Assembly: GCA_964460785.1 (NCBI GenBank)
Contig: CAYWQB010000004.1
Coordinates: 169,817-233,816, forward strand
Direction: 5' to 3'
Length of the DNA stretch: 64,000 nt
Origin: an uncultured bacterium
GTDB taxonomy: Bacteria > Chlamydiota > Chlamydiia > Chlamydiales > CAYWQB01
The notes under the pieces were generated by a model, which saw only the letters and a list, made by a program, of their open reading frames with translations, had not been told where the DNA came from and did no database searches. Position 1 is the stretch's first letter. Each line of letters starts with the position of its first letter. Both the position numbers and the translations under genes were made by a program. This document shows, piece by piece, positions 29,272 to 39,078 of the stretch.

Positions 29272-30309
29272 ATGAAAAGTAAGTGCATAAACCCCTCTTC
29301 GATTTGTCTTCTCCGTCTTTCTGCTATAGGTGATGTTTGCCATGCTGTTGCAACAGTTCGCTCTATACGCCATCGCTACCCTTATGCCTCAATCACCTGG
29401 ATTATTGGTAAGGTCGAGTACCAACTTGTTAAAAGAATGGAGGATATTCATTTTGTGGTTTTTGACAAAACCTCTAAATGGAGATCTTTATACTCTACCT
29501 GGAAAAAGCTAAGAGGCAAACGGTTTGATGTCTTGCTCCATATGCAAACATCGCTGCTTGCCTCTCTTGTTTCTCTCTCTGTTTCTTCTCCCAGGCGTAT
29601 TGGGTTTCATAAGTCTCGTGCAAGAGAGGGGCAGTCTCTGTTTGTCAATGACCATATAGAGCTCCCACAAGGGTTTCATGTATTGGACAACTTTATGCAG
29701 TTTGCCAAGGCTATTGGCGCAGACCCTGAAGAAAAAAACTGGGAGATTCCTGTCAGTTCACAAGATCAGCAGTTTGCCTTACATCATATCCCTAGTCATC
29801 AGCAGGTGCTCATTGTATGTCCAGGGGCAAGCAAAGCAGAGAAAAATTGGCAGCCAAGTAAGTATGCTAAAGTCATTGCGCATGCCTATACTAAAGGGAT
29901 CAGGGCTATTTTATGTGGAGCAAATACGCAGGTAGAGCAAGAGCTTGCAAGAGAGATTTTACAGTCTGCACATGTGCCAATCCAAAACCTCATTGGAAAA
30001 ACCTCAATTTCTCAGCTCTATGCTTTGCTTGGCCGTGCTGCTATTGTTCTTGCTCCGGATACCGGGCCCCTGCATATGGCCTCCATTCAAGGGGTACCAG
30101 TGATTGGCTTATATGCACACTCTAACCCTCTCCGAACGGGTCCCTATCGGTTTCCTGAGGGGGTTGTTAGCATATATGATGAAGTGGTTGCCAGGCAGGC
30201 TGTGAAGTTAGAGAAATGGGGACAAAAAGCTAAAGGGAAAGATCTCATGGCAAAGATTCCTACAGATAGGGTGTTACAAAAATTTGATGAAATATGGAGC
30301 CAAAGGTGA
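29272..30309 (+). CDS. Glycosyltransferase family 9 (LPS heptosyltransferase-like)
   Basis: LRLSAIGDVCH, ITWIIGK.E, NLIGKTS, PDTGPLHMA, VIGLYAHSNP.RTGPY. Confidence 0.92.
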   Translation: MKSKCINPSSICLLRLSAIGDVCHAVATVRSIRHRYPYASITWIIGKVEYQLVKRMEDIHFVVFDKTSKWRSLYSTWKKLRGKRFDVLLHMQTSLLASLVSLSVSSPRRIGFHKSRAREGQSLFVNDHIELPQGFHVLDNFMQFAKAIGADPEEKNWEIPVSSQDQQFALHHIPSHQQVLIVCPGASKAEKNWQPSKYAKVIAHAYTKGIRAILCGANTQVEQELAREILQSAHVPIQNLIGKTSISQLYALLGRAAIVLAPDTGPLHMASIQGVPVIGLYAHSNPLRTGPYRFPEGVVSIYDEVVARQAVKLEKWGQKAKGKDLMAKIPTDRVLQKFDEIWSQR

Positions 30310-31031
30310 ACAATCCATCCACGACAATCACTGTTCTTTTTGAAAATCACTGTAGCAATGAAGCATTGCATGAAGGGTGGGGGTTTTCCCTTTTTATTGA
30401 GAGAGGCGACCGCTGTATTTTATTTGATACAGGGCTTGACCCAGACGCCTTGATGCATAATGTACAGGCTTTGGGAGTTGATTTAAGTCGAGTGACAGAC
30501 GTTGTACTATCTCACAAGCACCTAGATCATATTGCTGGATGTGAAGTGGTATTTCCTCAGCTAAAGCAAGGAACCTCGGTCCATTTTCCTCGAACTATTC
30601 TTCCCTTTTTTTCAAAAAAACACCCTCATTTAAACTACCAACTGATTAAGGATAGAGTCGAAATCTTTCCAGGAGCGCGCCTTTATCCTATGCGCGTGCC
30701 TCGCTCAGTGCTTTATGAACAAGCTTTAGTGATGGATACAACAGAGGGGGTGGCTCTCATTACAGGGTGTAGCCATCCAGGAATTGTAGAAATAATCGAA
30801 GAAGTGCGCGAGCAAGAACAGGCAGAAGTCGCCTTGGTTTTGGGAGGGTTTCATCTATTTATGAAACCCTATCAAGAGGTATTCTCTACAGTAGAGCGTT
30901 TTCAGCAACTGGGTGTAAAAAAAGTGGCTCCTTGTCATTGCTCTGGAGATCATACGATCCGTCTTTTTCAGCAAGCATACAAAGAAAAGTCTATGAAGGT
31001 AGGCACAGGGGCTCAGTTACAGCTTGCATGA
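30294..31031 (+). CDS. MBL-fold metallo-hydrolase (COG1237-like)
   Basis: WGFS, ILFDTG, SHKHLDH, TGCSHPGI, GGFHL, PCHCSG. Confidence 0.9.
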   Translation: MEPKVNNPSTTITVLFENHCSNEALHEGWGFSLFIERGDRCILFDTGLDPDALMHNVQALGVDLSRVTDVVLSHKHLDHIAGCEVVFPQLKQGTSVHFPRTILPFFSKKHPHLNYQLIKDRVEIFPGARLYPMRVPRSVLYEQALVMDTTEGVALITGCSHPGIVEIIEEVREQEQAEVALVLGGFHLFMKPYQEVFSTVERFQQLGVKKVAPCHCSGDHTIRLFQQAYKEKSMKVGTGAQLQLA

Positions 31032-31843
31032 GGCAATTGCCTTATACGTTTTTGTAAGCTGGAAATGGGAAAGTGCTTATACATGTTTTTTCGAAAAAAC
31101 TGTTGGATATCTTTTACAGAAAGAGATTGCGTTTTGTATTGATACTGGATAGTAGCAAGATCTTCTTGAGTTATGGCACACCCCCATCTAACTTGTGGTG
31201 TGGTGCGGATATCATGTAATTGTTGTAAGTAGGTTCTTAAGTTTTCTGGTATCTCTTCAACAGGTTTGCTTGTACTGTAGGCCTCTTTGAGAGTTTTTAG
31301 GCTATCTTGAGAGACTTCGCGTTCACAGCGAATGATACAAGCATTAATTTTTCGACTTACGTTGTGCCTCTGGTCTGCTAGAATCACCTTATTAAATGTT
31401 TTCAAAGCATATGTTTGTACGGTGCTTAAGTATACGAAGTTGCTTGTTTGAAACTGTTCTTTCAAGAGACTGAATTCTGTTGGCATAAGCGGTAGAATTT
31501 TTTGGGGAAGAGGTGGGTAGAGTCCATCAGAATCACGAAGAGTATTGTAGCTTTTACGGCCAAATACAGAAGCCTGCATGCATTGTAGTAGAACTTGTTG
31601 GCTATCAGTAGTATTTGAATCTGATGCAGAAGGTTGTATAGGCAGAGTATTTAGGGGAGGAGTATTTAGGGGGGAGATATTCGTAGGGGGGACAAGCGGG
31701 ATGCTCGCTGGAGATAAAGGGGGAGTTTCACAATCACCTTGCTCAGGAAGTACAGGTAAACCAGAGGGTGTATAAGGCGATGAATTTGCCCCATGAGGTA
31801 TTGCAATGTTTGGTGGAGGAGAACAGCGAGGAATAGGAGACAT
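31013..31843 (-). CDS. Hypothetical protein with Pro/Ser-rich N-terminus, probable distant member of the HTH-repeat family at 59.6-64 kb
   Basis: TVQTYALKTFNKVI resembles YVQQFMLSQFGKII, and the C-terminal ITQEDL...LSVKDIQ resembles the HTH-like block. Confidence 0.6.
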   Translation of the reverse strand: MSPIPRCSPPPNIAIPHGANSSPYTPSGLPVLPEQGDCETPPLSPASIPLVPPTNISPLNTPPLNTLPIQPSASDSNTTDSQQVLLQCMQASVFGRKSYNTLRDSDGLYPPLPQKILPLMPTEFSLLKEQFQTSNFVYLSTVQTYALKTFNKVILADQRHNVSRKINACIIRCEREVSQDSLKTLKEAYSTSKPVEEIPENLRTYLQQLHDIRTTPQVRWGCAITQEDLATIQYQYKTQSLSVKDIQQFFRKNMYKHFPISSLQKRIRQLPHASCN

Positions 31844-31922
31844 ATAATATTTTATAAAAAGTGCGTAGAAAAGGAGAATTTGTTAGTGTTGCTAGAATTT
31901 TTGTTCACATTATTGTAGTACT

Positions 31923-33431
31923 ATGACGCATTTTCTTAAAGACGCAAAAGTTAATATTCTAAGTGGCTTAACTGTTGCTTTAGCTATGGTGCCTGAAGCA
32001 ATCGCCTTTGCGCTGATTGCACAAGTCGCTCCTCTAACAGGGCTTTATGCTGCCATCATTCTTGTGTTAGTGACCTCAATTTTTGGAGGGAGACCTGGAA
32101 TGATCTCTGGGGCAACAGGTGCTTTGGCTGTAGTGATGACCTCTTTAGTTGTTCAGCATGGAACAGAATACCTATTTGCGACTGTGATCCTCACAGGTGC
32201 TTTGCAGGTGCTTTTTGGTATAGCACGGCTTGGAAAATTTATTCGTATGGTCCCTCATCCTGTGATGCTTGGTTTTGTGAATGGGCTGGCTATTGTGATT
32301 TTTTTAGCGCAGTTTGCACACTTCAAAGAAGGGTTTGGGGGAGAGTGGATGCAAGGCTCCCCACTCTATATTATGCTCTCACTAACTGCTCTTACTGTGG
32401 CAGTGATTTATCTATTCCCAAAAATATCTAAAGCTGTGCCCGCAACCCTTGCTGCTATCCTCCTTGTTTCCGTTGCTGTGGGTATTTTTGGAATTGATAC
32501 AAAAACAGTAGGAGATTTGGGATCAATTCAAGGAGGAATGCCCTCCTTCCATCTTCCAAATGTTCCATGGACATGGGAGACTCTCTCTATTATTTTTCCT
32601 TATGCTCTGATCTTAGCAGCCGTGGGTTTGATTGAAAGCTTGCTCACACTCAACCTCATTGATGAAATCACAGATACACGAGGCAAGCCAAATCGTGAAG
32701 CCTGGGCTCAAGGCTTAGCAAATCTTCTTTCTGGCGCCTTTGCTAGTATGGGAGGGTGCGCAATGATTGGTCAGAGTATGATCAACATCAATAACGGGGC
32801 AAGGCGGCGCCTGTCAGGAGTCTGTACAGGCCTGTTTTTACTCTCATTCATCGTCTTTTTCTCTTCTTGGATTGAAAAGATTCCATTAGCCGCTCTCATT
32901 GGGGTGATGTTTGTTGTAGCGGAAAAAACATTTGAGTGGGGCACTTTAAGCCTCATAGGAAAAGTCCCTAAGAAAGATATTTTTATTGTTGTTCTTGTTG
33001 CTTCTGTCACTGTAATGGCAGACCTTGCCGTTGCAGTTGTGCTAGGAGTGATTGTCTCAGCATTGGTTTTTGCATGGGAGCATGCAAAACAGGTGCAAGC
33101 AGATATTGTAGAAGGTCCAGATGGGAGTAAAATTTATGATTTGAAGGGGAGCTTATTTTTTGCTTCCGTATCAAATTTTCAAGCTCTTTTTAACCCTAAA
33201 GAGGACCCAAAGGAAGTCGTTATAGATTTTGCTCATGCTCGCGTCATGGACCACTCTGCTCTTGTAGCGATTGATTCGTTAGCAGACCGTTATCAGGCGC
33301 GGGGAAAAAATCTTCATTTACGTCACCTAAGCCCTGACTGCTACCAGCTACTGGAGAAAGCCAAGGGAATGGTAGAGGTCAATGTGATAGAGGATCCCAA
33401 GTATCATGTGGCTGATGACAAGTTAGACTAA
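31923..33431 (+). CDS. SulP-family inorganic anion transporter with STAS domain
   Basis: GLTVALAMVPEAIAF, GGRPGMISGATGA, GLIESLLT, GGCAMIGQS, LFFASV, V.DHSAL.AID. Confidence 0.95.
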   Translation: MTHFLKDAKVNILSGLTVALAMVPEAIAFALIAQVAPLTGLYAAIILVLVTSIFGGRPGMISGATGALAVVMTSLVVQHGTEYLFATVILTGALQVLFGIARLGKFIRMVPHPVMLGFVNGLAIVIFLAQFAHFKEGFGGEWMQGSPLYIMLSLTALTVAVIYLFPKISKAVPATLAAILLVSVAVGIFGIDTKTVGDLGSIQGGMPSFHLPNVPWTWETLSIIFPYALILAAVGLIESLLTLNLIDEITDTRGKPNREAWAQGLANLLSGAFASMGGCAMIGQSMININNGARRRLSGVCTGLFLLSFIVFFSSWIEKIPLAALIGVMFVVAEKTFEWGTLSLIGKVPKKDIFIVVLVASVTVMADLAVAVVLGVIVSALVFAWEHAKQVQADIVEGPDGSKIYDLKGSLFFASVSNFQALFNPKEDPKEVVIDFAHARVMDHSALVAIDSLADRYQARGKNLHLRHLSPDCYQLLEKAKGMVEVNVIEDPKYHVADDKLD

Positions 33432-34310
33432 AGGTAAGAGGGCTAACACAGCTAGCTCTTTGGCCTTGGCTTCAACTTCAACAGTCAAAGGGGTGATTCG
33501 CTTCCAGCTCTCAGGTAAGTCTTGAGGATCAATCATTGCATGATGACGCTCTGGGCGAGGTCCAGACCATCCTTCGATTGGGCTGGATAAGTGAAAAAGA
33601 GGCTCCCGATCCCAAGTGGCAAGAGCTTGCTCTGTAGCTTGCTCTATACTGAGCGGGTCAGGGCAGCAACGGTGATGATGAACATCATACACAAGAGGGA
33701 TACCCAGTGCATGGCATAAAGGAAGCAGATCCTCTGGGGTATAGGTGCGATCATCATTTTCTACTGTTAGCTTTGCCTGGGCACTAGGAGAGAGCCTTTG
33801 AAAGTTTTCAGCAAAGCGAGCTAGAGCCTGTGGCTTATCTCCATAAGCACCTCCCCCGTGAATGTTGATAACGTCCGCTCCAAGGTGGTCGGCAAGCTCT
33901 GCATGATACTCAAGATCTTCAATGGAGCGCTGGACAACATCTTCCTTAGGAGAGTTTAAGATCACAAATTGGTCGGGGTGAAAGGTCAGTCGAATATTGG
34001 CCTTTTGAGCAAGCTCTTTACACTTGCTTAGTTGAACAAGAATCTCTTGGGCACTGGGTAGCTCCTTTAAGGCATAGCCAGCTTCTGGGTGCGTCTTTGC
34101 AGGTAGGAAAGCGCTATTGATGCGGAAGCTACCGATCCCAGAGCGAAAACAAAAAGTAATAGCCTCATGTAATGCTCGGCAATTGTCGAGCACAATTTGG
34201 TCCACATGCTTTAAAGCCTGGCATCGACTTTTACTTTGTAAGTAGCGCACAGTTGTTGTTCGAAAGCGAATGGCTTGTTCTTGAAATTGGCAGCATAGTC
34301 CAAGGCGCAT
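33423..34310 (-). CDS. uvsE: UV DNA damage repair endonuclease UvsE
   Basis: RLGLCC, FRI.S, RLTFHPDQF, NIHGGG.YGDK, VENDD, YDVHHH, FHLSSP, VEAKAKE. Confidence 0.95.
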   Translation of the reverse strand: MRLGLCCQFQEQAIRFRTTTVRYLQSKSRCQALKHVDQIVLDNCRALHEAITFCFRSGIGSFRINSAFLPAKTHPEAGYALKELPSAQEILVQLSKCKELAQKANIRLTFHPDQFVILNSPKEDVVQRSIEDLEYHAELADHLGADVINIHGGGAYGDKPQALARFAENFQRLSPSAQAKLTVENDDRTYTPEDLLPLCHALGIPLVYDVHHHRCCPDPLSIEQATEQALATWDREPLFHLSSPIEGWSGPRPERHHAMIDPQDLPESWKRITPLTVEVEAKAKELAVLALLPLV

Positions 34311-34320
34311 GGTTTAACCT

Positions 34321-35199
34321 TTATGATTGAGTTGGCCGGTTTCTTTGAGCTTTTTGAACTCTCTGTTTAATGAATTGTTCTAGGCTATCCACAGCAGGAG
34401 GGCAGTCATTCTGCTTCAATAAAGAAACATGAACATCTTTTAGATTAGGAAGTTTAGAGCTATAAATTGACTGTAGCCCTGCAGGGATCATTGACCGAGG
34501 AAGGACCGTGATGCCAAACCCTGCCTGTACTGCAGCAATTGTACATGTATAGCTAGGGCTTGTGAAGTTTAAGCGCCATGAGCATCCATGATTTTCTAGC
34601 GCTTCAATGGCGCGCTTATGATAAACACAAGGCTCTGGAGAGAGGACAAGCTTGAGATGTTCGTGGGAAAGAATCTCTTCCGCAGCTCCCTCAGGGCAGA
34701 CCCAGTCCAGAGGTTCAGACCAAATACTAACCAAGTTCTGTGTGAGAATGCTCTGTGTCAACTTAATTAAAATGACATCAACTTCTCCTCGATCTAAGCG
34801 GTTCACAAGGTTCATCGTTAAGTCGCAGTCCACAGAAAAGCGGATTTTAGGGTGGAGCTTGGTGAACTTGCCTAAGATATCGGAGAGCATAAAGCTTGCA
34901 AAGTCTTCAGGTAAACCAAATCGAACCTGCCCTTCAAGCTCCGGCCTAAGCAAAGTATCCTCAAGTTCACAGGAGAGGCTATGGACTTTCCGTGCATACT
35001 GCAGGAAGGTTTCTCCCTCACTTGTAAGGGTGAGCACCTTTCCTCTGTGCAGCAACTTTTTTCCTAGATCAGCTTCAAGCTTTGCTACTTGCTGACTAAT
35101 GGCTGATTGAGAGCGATGAACAAGTCTGGCAGCAGCGGTCAAACTTCCCGTTTCTACAATTGCAAGGAAAGAAGAGATCAATCGATTGTCTATATTCAT
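34321..35199 (-). CDS. LysR-family transcriptional regulator
   Basis: F.AIVETGS.T.AA..V.RSQSAISQQV.KLE..LG, G.VRFGLPEDFA. Divergent from dabBA. Confidence 0.95.
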   Translation of the reverse strand: MNIDNRLISSFLAIVETGSLTAAARLVHRSQSAISQQVAKLEADLGKKLLHRGKVLTLTSEGETFLQYARKVHSLSCELEDTLLRPELEGQVRFGLPEDFASFMLSDILGKFTKLHPKIRFSVDCDLTMNLVNRLDRGEVDVILIKLTQSILTQNLVSIWSEPLDWVCPEGAAEEILSHEHLKLVLSPEPCVYHKRAIEALENHGCSWRLNFTSPSYTCTIAAVQAGFGITVLPRSMIPAGLQSIYSSKLPNLKDVHVSLLKQNDCPPAVDSLEQFIKQRVQKAQRNRPTQS

Positions 35200-35480
35200 A
35201 TAAGTTTTTCTGATGATTTTTGTTAAAAAGATAAGATTTTTTTAGGTTAAAAACTGTGCAGTAGAGAATTTAGGTGGTAACTGTTTGGTTATTAGGAAAA
35301 AGGGAGGTTCCTGAAACTTTCATAAGTAGGCTCTTTGATTAGCGAAGTTATAGATCATTCTCTTCTCCTGAATCTTAATATTATAAGATAATCTTATTAA
35401 AATCATTAATATTATAAGTTTTGCTGAAACTTTGGGGAAAGGTAAAATGGATGCGTATAAATTATTTTGGAGCTTAAGCG

Positions 35481-36902
35481 ATGCAAGCCTACCTCCCATT
35501 TTCTCTTTTTTATATAGATGCGTTGGCTGAATGGATGCTTGGATTTGTCCTCCTGTTAGGAGGGGCAATCTTTCTCTTTGCTCGGAGGTATCTGCTTGGA
35601 GATGCACGCTATCCAACCTTCCTTGCAATGCTCAATCTTACTGTAGGAAGCATTGCTCTTTTTATTTGCGCCGATCACCTGCTGTTATTTTTAGCAGGAT
35701 GGATCGCAAGTAGTGCTCTGTTTACCCTCCTGATTACTCATAAGCCAAGCTGGCAAGCTGCAAAAGCATCAGGCTACCTTGCTCTAAAAGCTTTTTCTCT
35801 AAGTTTTTTATGTTTAGCTTTTTCCTTTTCTCTGTTCTATATGGCTTTTAGAACTCTCTCCATTCAAGAAATTCTCCACGCCCCAATCACTCATCCGTGG
35901 CTTGTACGTCTTGCAATACTCGGCCTTTTTATCAGTGCGTTTATCCAGTGTGGAATATGGCCCTTTCACCGCTGGCTTGTCAGCTCGTTCAATGCTCCCA
36001 CACCTGTTTCAGCCCTGATGCATGCAGGACTGGTGAATGGGGGAGGATTCTTACTCGTTCGCTTTTCTCCTTTATTTGCCTCTGATTCATACATGCTGGG
36101 GATCCTTTTTTTTGTCGGAATCCTAGCAGCTTTGATGGGGAACTCTCTGCAAAGGCGACAGCCTAGTATCAAAGGGGAGCTCGCTTGCTCTACAATGGGA
36201 CAAATGGGATTTATGCTCTTACAATGTAGTCTTGGATTATTTGCAGGTGCAATTGCTCATTTATGCTGGCATGGATTTTTTAAATCATACCTGTTTCTAA
36301 CTTCAGCAGAGAGTGTTGGCTATAGGAAAAAAGCCTCTATCGCGAATCCCTCTCTATATCGGCTTTTTTCTGCACTATTAGCTGGAGCGCTTGGGGCATG
36401 GGCTTATAGAGGAGCGCTAGGGCTTCCTCTTTCTTGGGGAGAGGCTTCTATCCTCTTTACCTTCGTTGTGTTTATCTTTCTCTCCCAAGTTTCCCTTCAT
36501 ATCCTTCGAGCTTCTTCTACTCTTGCGGCTACATGTTTAGTTTCTATGGTTGTAGGGGCAACTTATGGAGTAACAACAGGGTTTGTTGAGTCAAAAATAG
36601 GCCTTAGTGAAGTGATTTCCATGGAGTTAAAAAGCTGGCACCTTGTTGGAGGAGCAACTCTATTCCTTATATGGCTTGCTTCTCTTTACCCCCACCATCT
36701 ACGCTCGATCCCAGCTTTTGATAAGCTTTACTTACGTGCCTACTTCTTTTTTGTATCAAGTGGTCTGCCAGCACAGCAAACGTGGACCCCTTTTAGGTCA
36801 TCTTATGAATATGCGCAGAATGCTTCCTCTTCAAAAGGTATGCGCAAGAACGAAAAAAGCAATAACCTAGAGTACTATGAAAATGTTAAGCGAGTTGGAT
36901 AA
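35481..36902 (+). CDS. dabB: Inorganic carbon transporter membrane subunit DabB (NuoL/Mrp-like)
   Basis: WPFHRWL..S..APTPVSALMHAGLVNGGG, K..LACSTMGQMGFM..QC, HL.WHG.FK.YLFL. Directly upstream of a DUF2309 gene. Confidence 0.87.
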   Translation: MQAYLPFSLFYIDALAEWMLGFVLLLGGAIFLFARRYLLGDARYPTFLAMLNLTVGSIALFICADHLLLFLAGWIASSALFTLLITHKPSWQAAKASGYLALKAFSLSFLCLAFSFSLFYMAFRTLSIQEILHAPITHPWLVRLAILGLFISAFIQCGIWPFHRWLVSSFNAPTPVSALMHAGLVNGGGFLLVRFSPLFASDSYMLGILFFVGILAALMGNSLQRRQPSIKGELACSTMGQMGFMLLQCSLGLFAGAIAHLCWHGFFKSYLFLTSAESVGYRKKASIANPSLYRLFSALLAGALGAWAYRGALGLPLSWGEASILFTFVVFIFLSQVSLHILRASSTLAATCLVSMVVGATYGVTTGFVESKIGLSEVISMELKSWHLVGGATLFLIWLASLYPHHLRSIPAFDKLYLRAYFFFVSSGLPAQQTWTPFRSSYEYAQNASSSKGMRKNEKSNNLEYYENVKRVG

Positions 36903-38997
36903 TTTAGAGAGTATATTGGAAAGCGCTTGGTCTCCAGTCGCTTTAGCTTGGCCACAAACAGGCTTTGTCGCAAGTAATCCTCTAAAAGGGTTAGAAGAGA
37001 AGCCCTTTGCTCTAGCACTGGAAAGCGCTGCAGAGCTTTTTTCTAGCATTGACCTTGCAGAGTCTATGCAGCATGTAAATATTCAAACTGTCAAGTGGTG
37101 CCAATACTTTTTTGATGAAGGACAACTAGCAGCCCCTCTGCCTCACAAAGACAAGGGGCTCTTTCAATCGTGGAGGCAGTATGTCCCTTTGGATCCAAAA
37201 CTCAAAAAGTATAAGTTCATTTTGGAAAGAGTTCCAAAAACGGCAAAAGAAGCCATTGATTGGTGTCTACAAAACCTCGATATTCCAGATGAGTGCTTTG
37301 ACCGCTTTTTGCAGAGGCTATTAACCCTGCTTCCTGGATGGTCTGCTTATATCAACTACCTAGAAGAAAATCAGAAAATTGCCTGTAAGTGGGACTACCT
37401 TGCCTTGCGTTTGTCTTTAGCTTACCTTTTTCAAGTGAAAGTAGATGAAGTGCTCAATCAAGAGAGCCTGCAAAAACAACAATCAATTCTCTCTTCCCAA
37501 CTATTTGATATAGAAAAGAATGAAGAGCAATTCCTTCAAACTTTACTCTCTCAGCTGCGATCCAATAGCCAAATGGATAGAGCTTGTAAACAAGAGGCTG
37601 ACGCACAGCTTATTTTTTGTATTGATGTGCGCTCAGAAGGCATCCGCCGTTCGTTAGAAAATGTGGGCTCTTATGAGACGTTTGGTGCAGCAGGGTTCTT
37701 TAATCTTCCTATTGCAGTAAGTGATGGTTTGAAAAGATCTTCCTCTTGTCCTGTCATTTTGAATCCAGCCCATGAGGTTGAGGAAACTCTCTTAGTCCAT
37801 CCCTCCTCTTGGTTTGGTAAGTGGAAAAATAAGGTCCAGTCAGTAGCTCAAGGTGTAAAGTCTGGGTATGTTGCCCCTTTTATCTGGGCAGAGCTCGCTG
37901 GCCCCTTCTTCGCCCTAAAAATGTTTACACGCCTACTCTCTGCCCAAAAGTGGTTTATTCGATTAAAAAGTGCTTGCAGCAGAAAAAAAGTACGCAGAGT
38001 CCTAACTCCTTTACACGATATTGCTCCTGATCAGCAAAGTCAGTATGCAGAGGCATTTTTACGTTCTATAGGCCTAACAGAAAACTTCTCCAAGTTTGTT
38101 GTGCTATGTGGGCATGCTGCAGAAGTGAAAAACAATGCACAGAAAGATAGCTTTAACTGTGGAGCTTGTGCAGGAAGGCATGGCTTAACAAATGCTCATT
38201 TGATGAGCCACTTGCTTAACAAAAAAGCAGTGCGTCATGCCCTCTTTCAACAGGGGATTGAGATCCCGTTAGAGACCGAGTTTTTGGCAGCCCTTCACAT
38301 TACAACTACAGATGAAATCCAAGTCTACTTAGAAGAAGGGCAAGACATTTCAGAAAGTGCATTAGCAAGGCTTACAGAAGACTTATCAAAAGCTCAACTA
38401 CAAGCTTGTTCAGAGAGAGTCCACTGCAGGTGGTCTGCTAAACAAAAGTCTAAAGACTGGTCAGATACACGTCCTGAGTGGGGACTTGCTCAAAATGCCG
38501 CCTTTTTTATTGGCCCTCGTTCTCTAACCCAGGGAATTGACTTGGGACGCCGAACCTTTTTGCACTCCTATGACTGGACTAAAGACCAAACATCTAAAAT
38601 TCTGCAAGCGATTCTCGCAGGTCCTTTAGAAGTGACTTTTTGGATCAATTCGCAGTACTTATTTTCAACTATGGATAATCGTCTATTTGGTGCAGGGAGC
38701 AAAATCACCCAGAATATTACAGGCTGCCATGGTGTCATGCAGGGGAATGGAAGCGACCTCATGCATGGCCTAAGCCTGCAGTCTGTGTTTGCTAGTGATT
38801 CCACTCCTTACCACCAGGTACAAAGGCTAACAGCTCTTATTTATGCCCCAAAAAAGGCCTTATTACAGGCAATTTGTGAGGTGAAAACATTGAAGCAGAG
38901 AGTAAAAAATAGCTGGTTGTGCTGCATTTGTTGGGATCCAGAAGATCATCAATTTTATAAACTTTCTAGTGAGCTAGATTGGGAAAGTCTTGGTTAA
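36877..38997 (+). CDS. dabA: Inorganic carbon transporter subunit DabA (DUF2309, beta-carbonic-anhydrase-like)
   Basis: WP...FVASNPL.G.E, FCIDVRSE, ETFG.AGFF, CGH, CGACAG, DWS..RPEWGLA.NA, R.FLHSYD, G.GSK. Confidence 0.92.
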   Translation: MKMLSELDNLESILESAWSPVALAWPQTGFVASNPLKGLEEKPFALALESAAELFSSIDLAESMQHVNIQTVKWCQYFFDEGQLAAPLPHKDKGLFQSWRQYVPLDPKLKKYKFILERVPKTAKEAIDWCLQNLDIPDECFDRFLQRLLTLLPGWSAYINYLEENQKIACKWDYLALRLSLAYLFQVKVDEVLNQESLQKQQSILSSQLFDIEKNEEQFLQTLLSQLRSNSQMDRACKQEADAQLIFCIDVRSEGIRRSLENVGSYETFGAAGFFNLPIAVSDGLKRSSSCPVILNPAHEVEETLLVHPSSWFGKWKNKVQSVAQGVKSGYVAPFIWAELAGPFFALKMFTRLLSAQKWFIRLKSACSRKKVRRVLTPLHDIAPDQQSQYAEAFLRSIGLTENFSKFVVLCGHAAEVKNNAQKDSFNCGACAGRHGLTNAHLMSHLLNKKAVRHALFQQGIEIPLETEFLAALHITTTDEIQVYLEEGQDISESALARLTEDLSKAQLQACSERVHCRWSAKQKSKDWSDTRPEWGLAQNAAFFIGPRSLTQGIDLGRRTFLHSYDWTKDQTSKILQAILAGPLEVTFWINSQYLFSTMDNRLFGAGSKITQNITGCHGVMQGNGSDLMHGLSLQSVFASDSTPYHQVQRLTALIYAPKKALLQAICEVKTLKQRVKNSWLCCICWDPEDHQFYKLSSELDWESLG

Positions 38998-39020
38998 TTG
39001 CATCTTTTTTAAAGTGTTGG

Positions 39021-39049
39021 TTGATATTTTATTAAGATTGTGTTAATAT
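39021..39049 (+). promoter_or_regulatory. Sigma70-type promoter with extended -10
   Basis: TTGATA-N17-TAATAT with a TG extension, followed by GAGGAG Shine-Dalgarno. Confidence 0.5.
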
Positions 39050-39078
39050 TTTGCCAGTAAAAATCAGAGGAGTCTGTT

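Noticed and set aside
36805-36877. Possible longer dabA N-terminus interrupted by an in-frame TAG at 36868
   Set aside because: DabA from 36877 already has its first conserved WP..FVA.NPL motif about 25 residues in, so no readthrough or pseudogenisation is needed.
35481-36902. Respiratory complex I subunit nuoL
   Set aside because: No other nuo genes are nearby and it is coupled to a DUF2309 gene, which identifies it as DabB.
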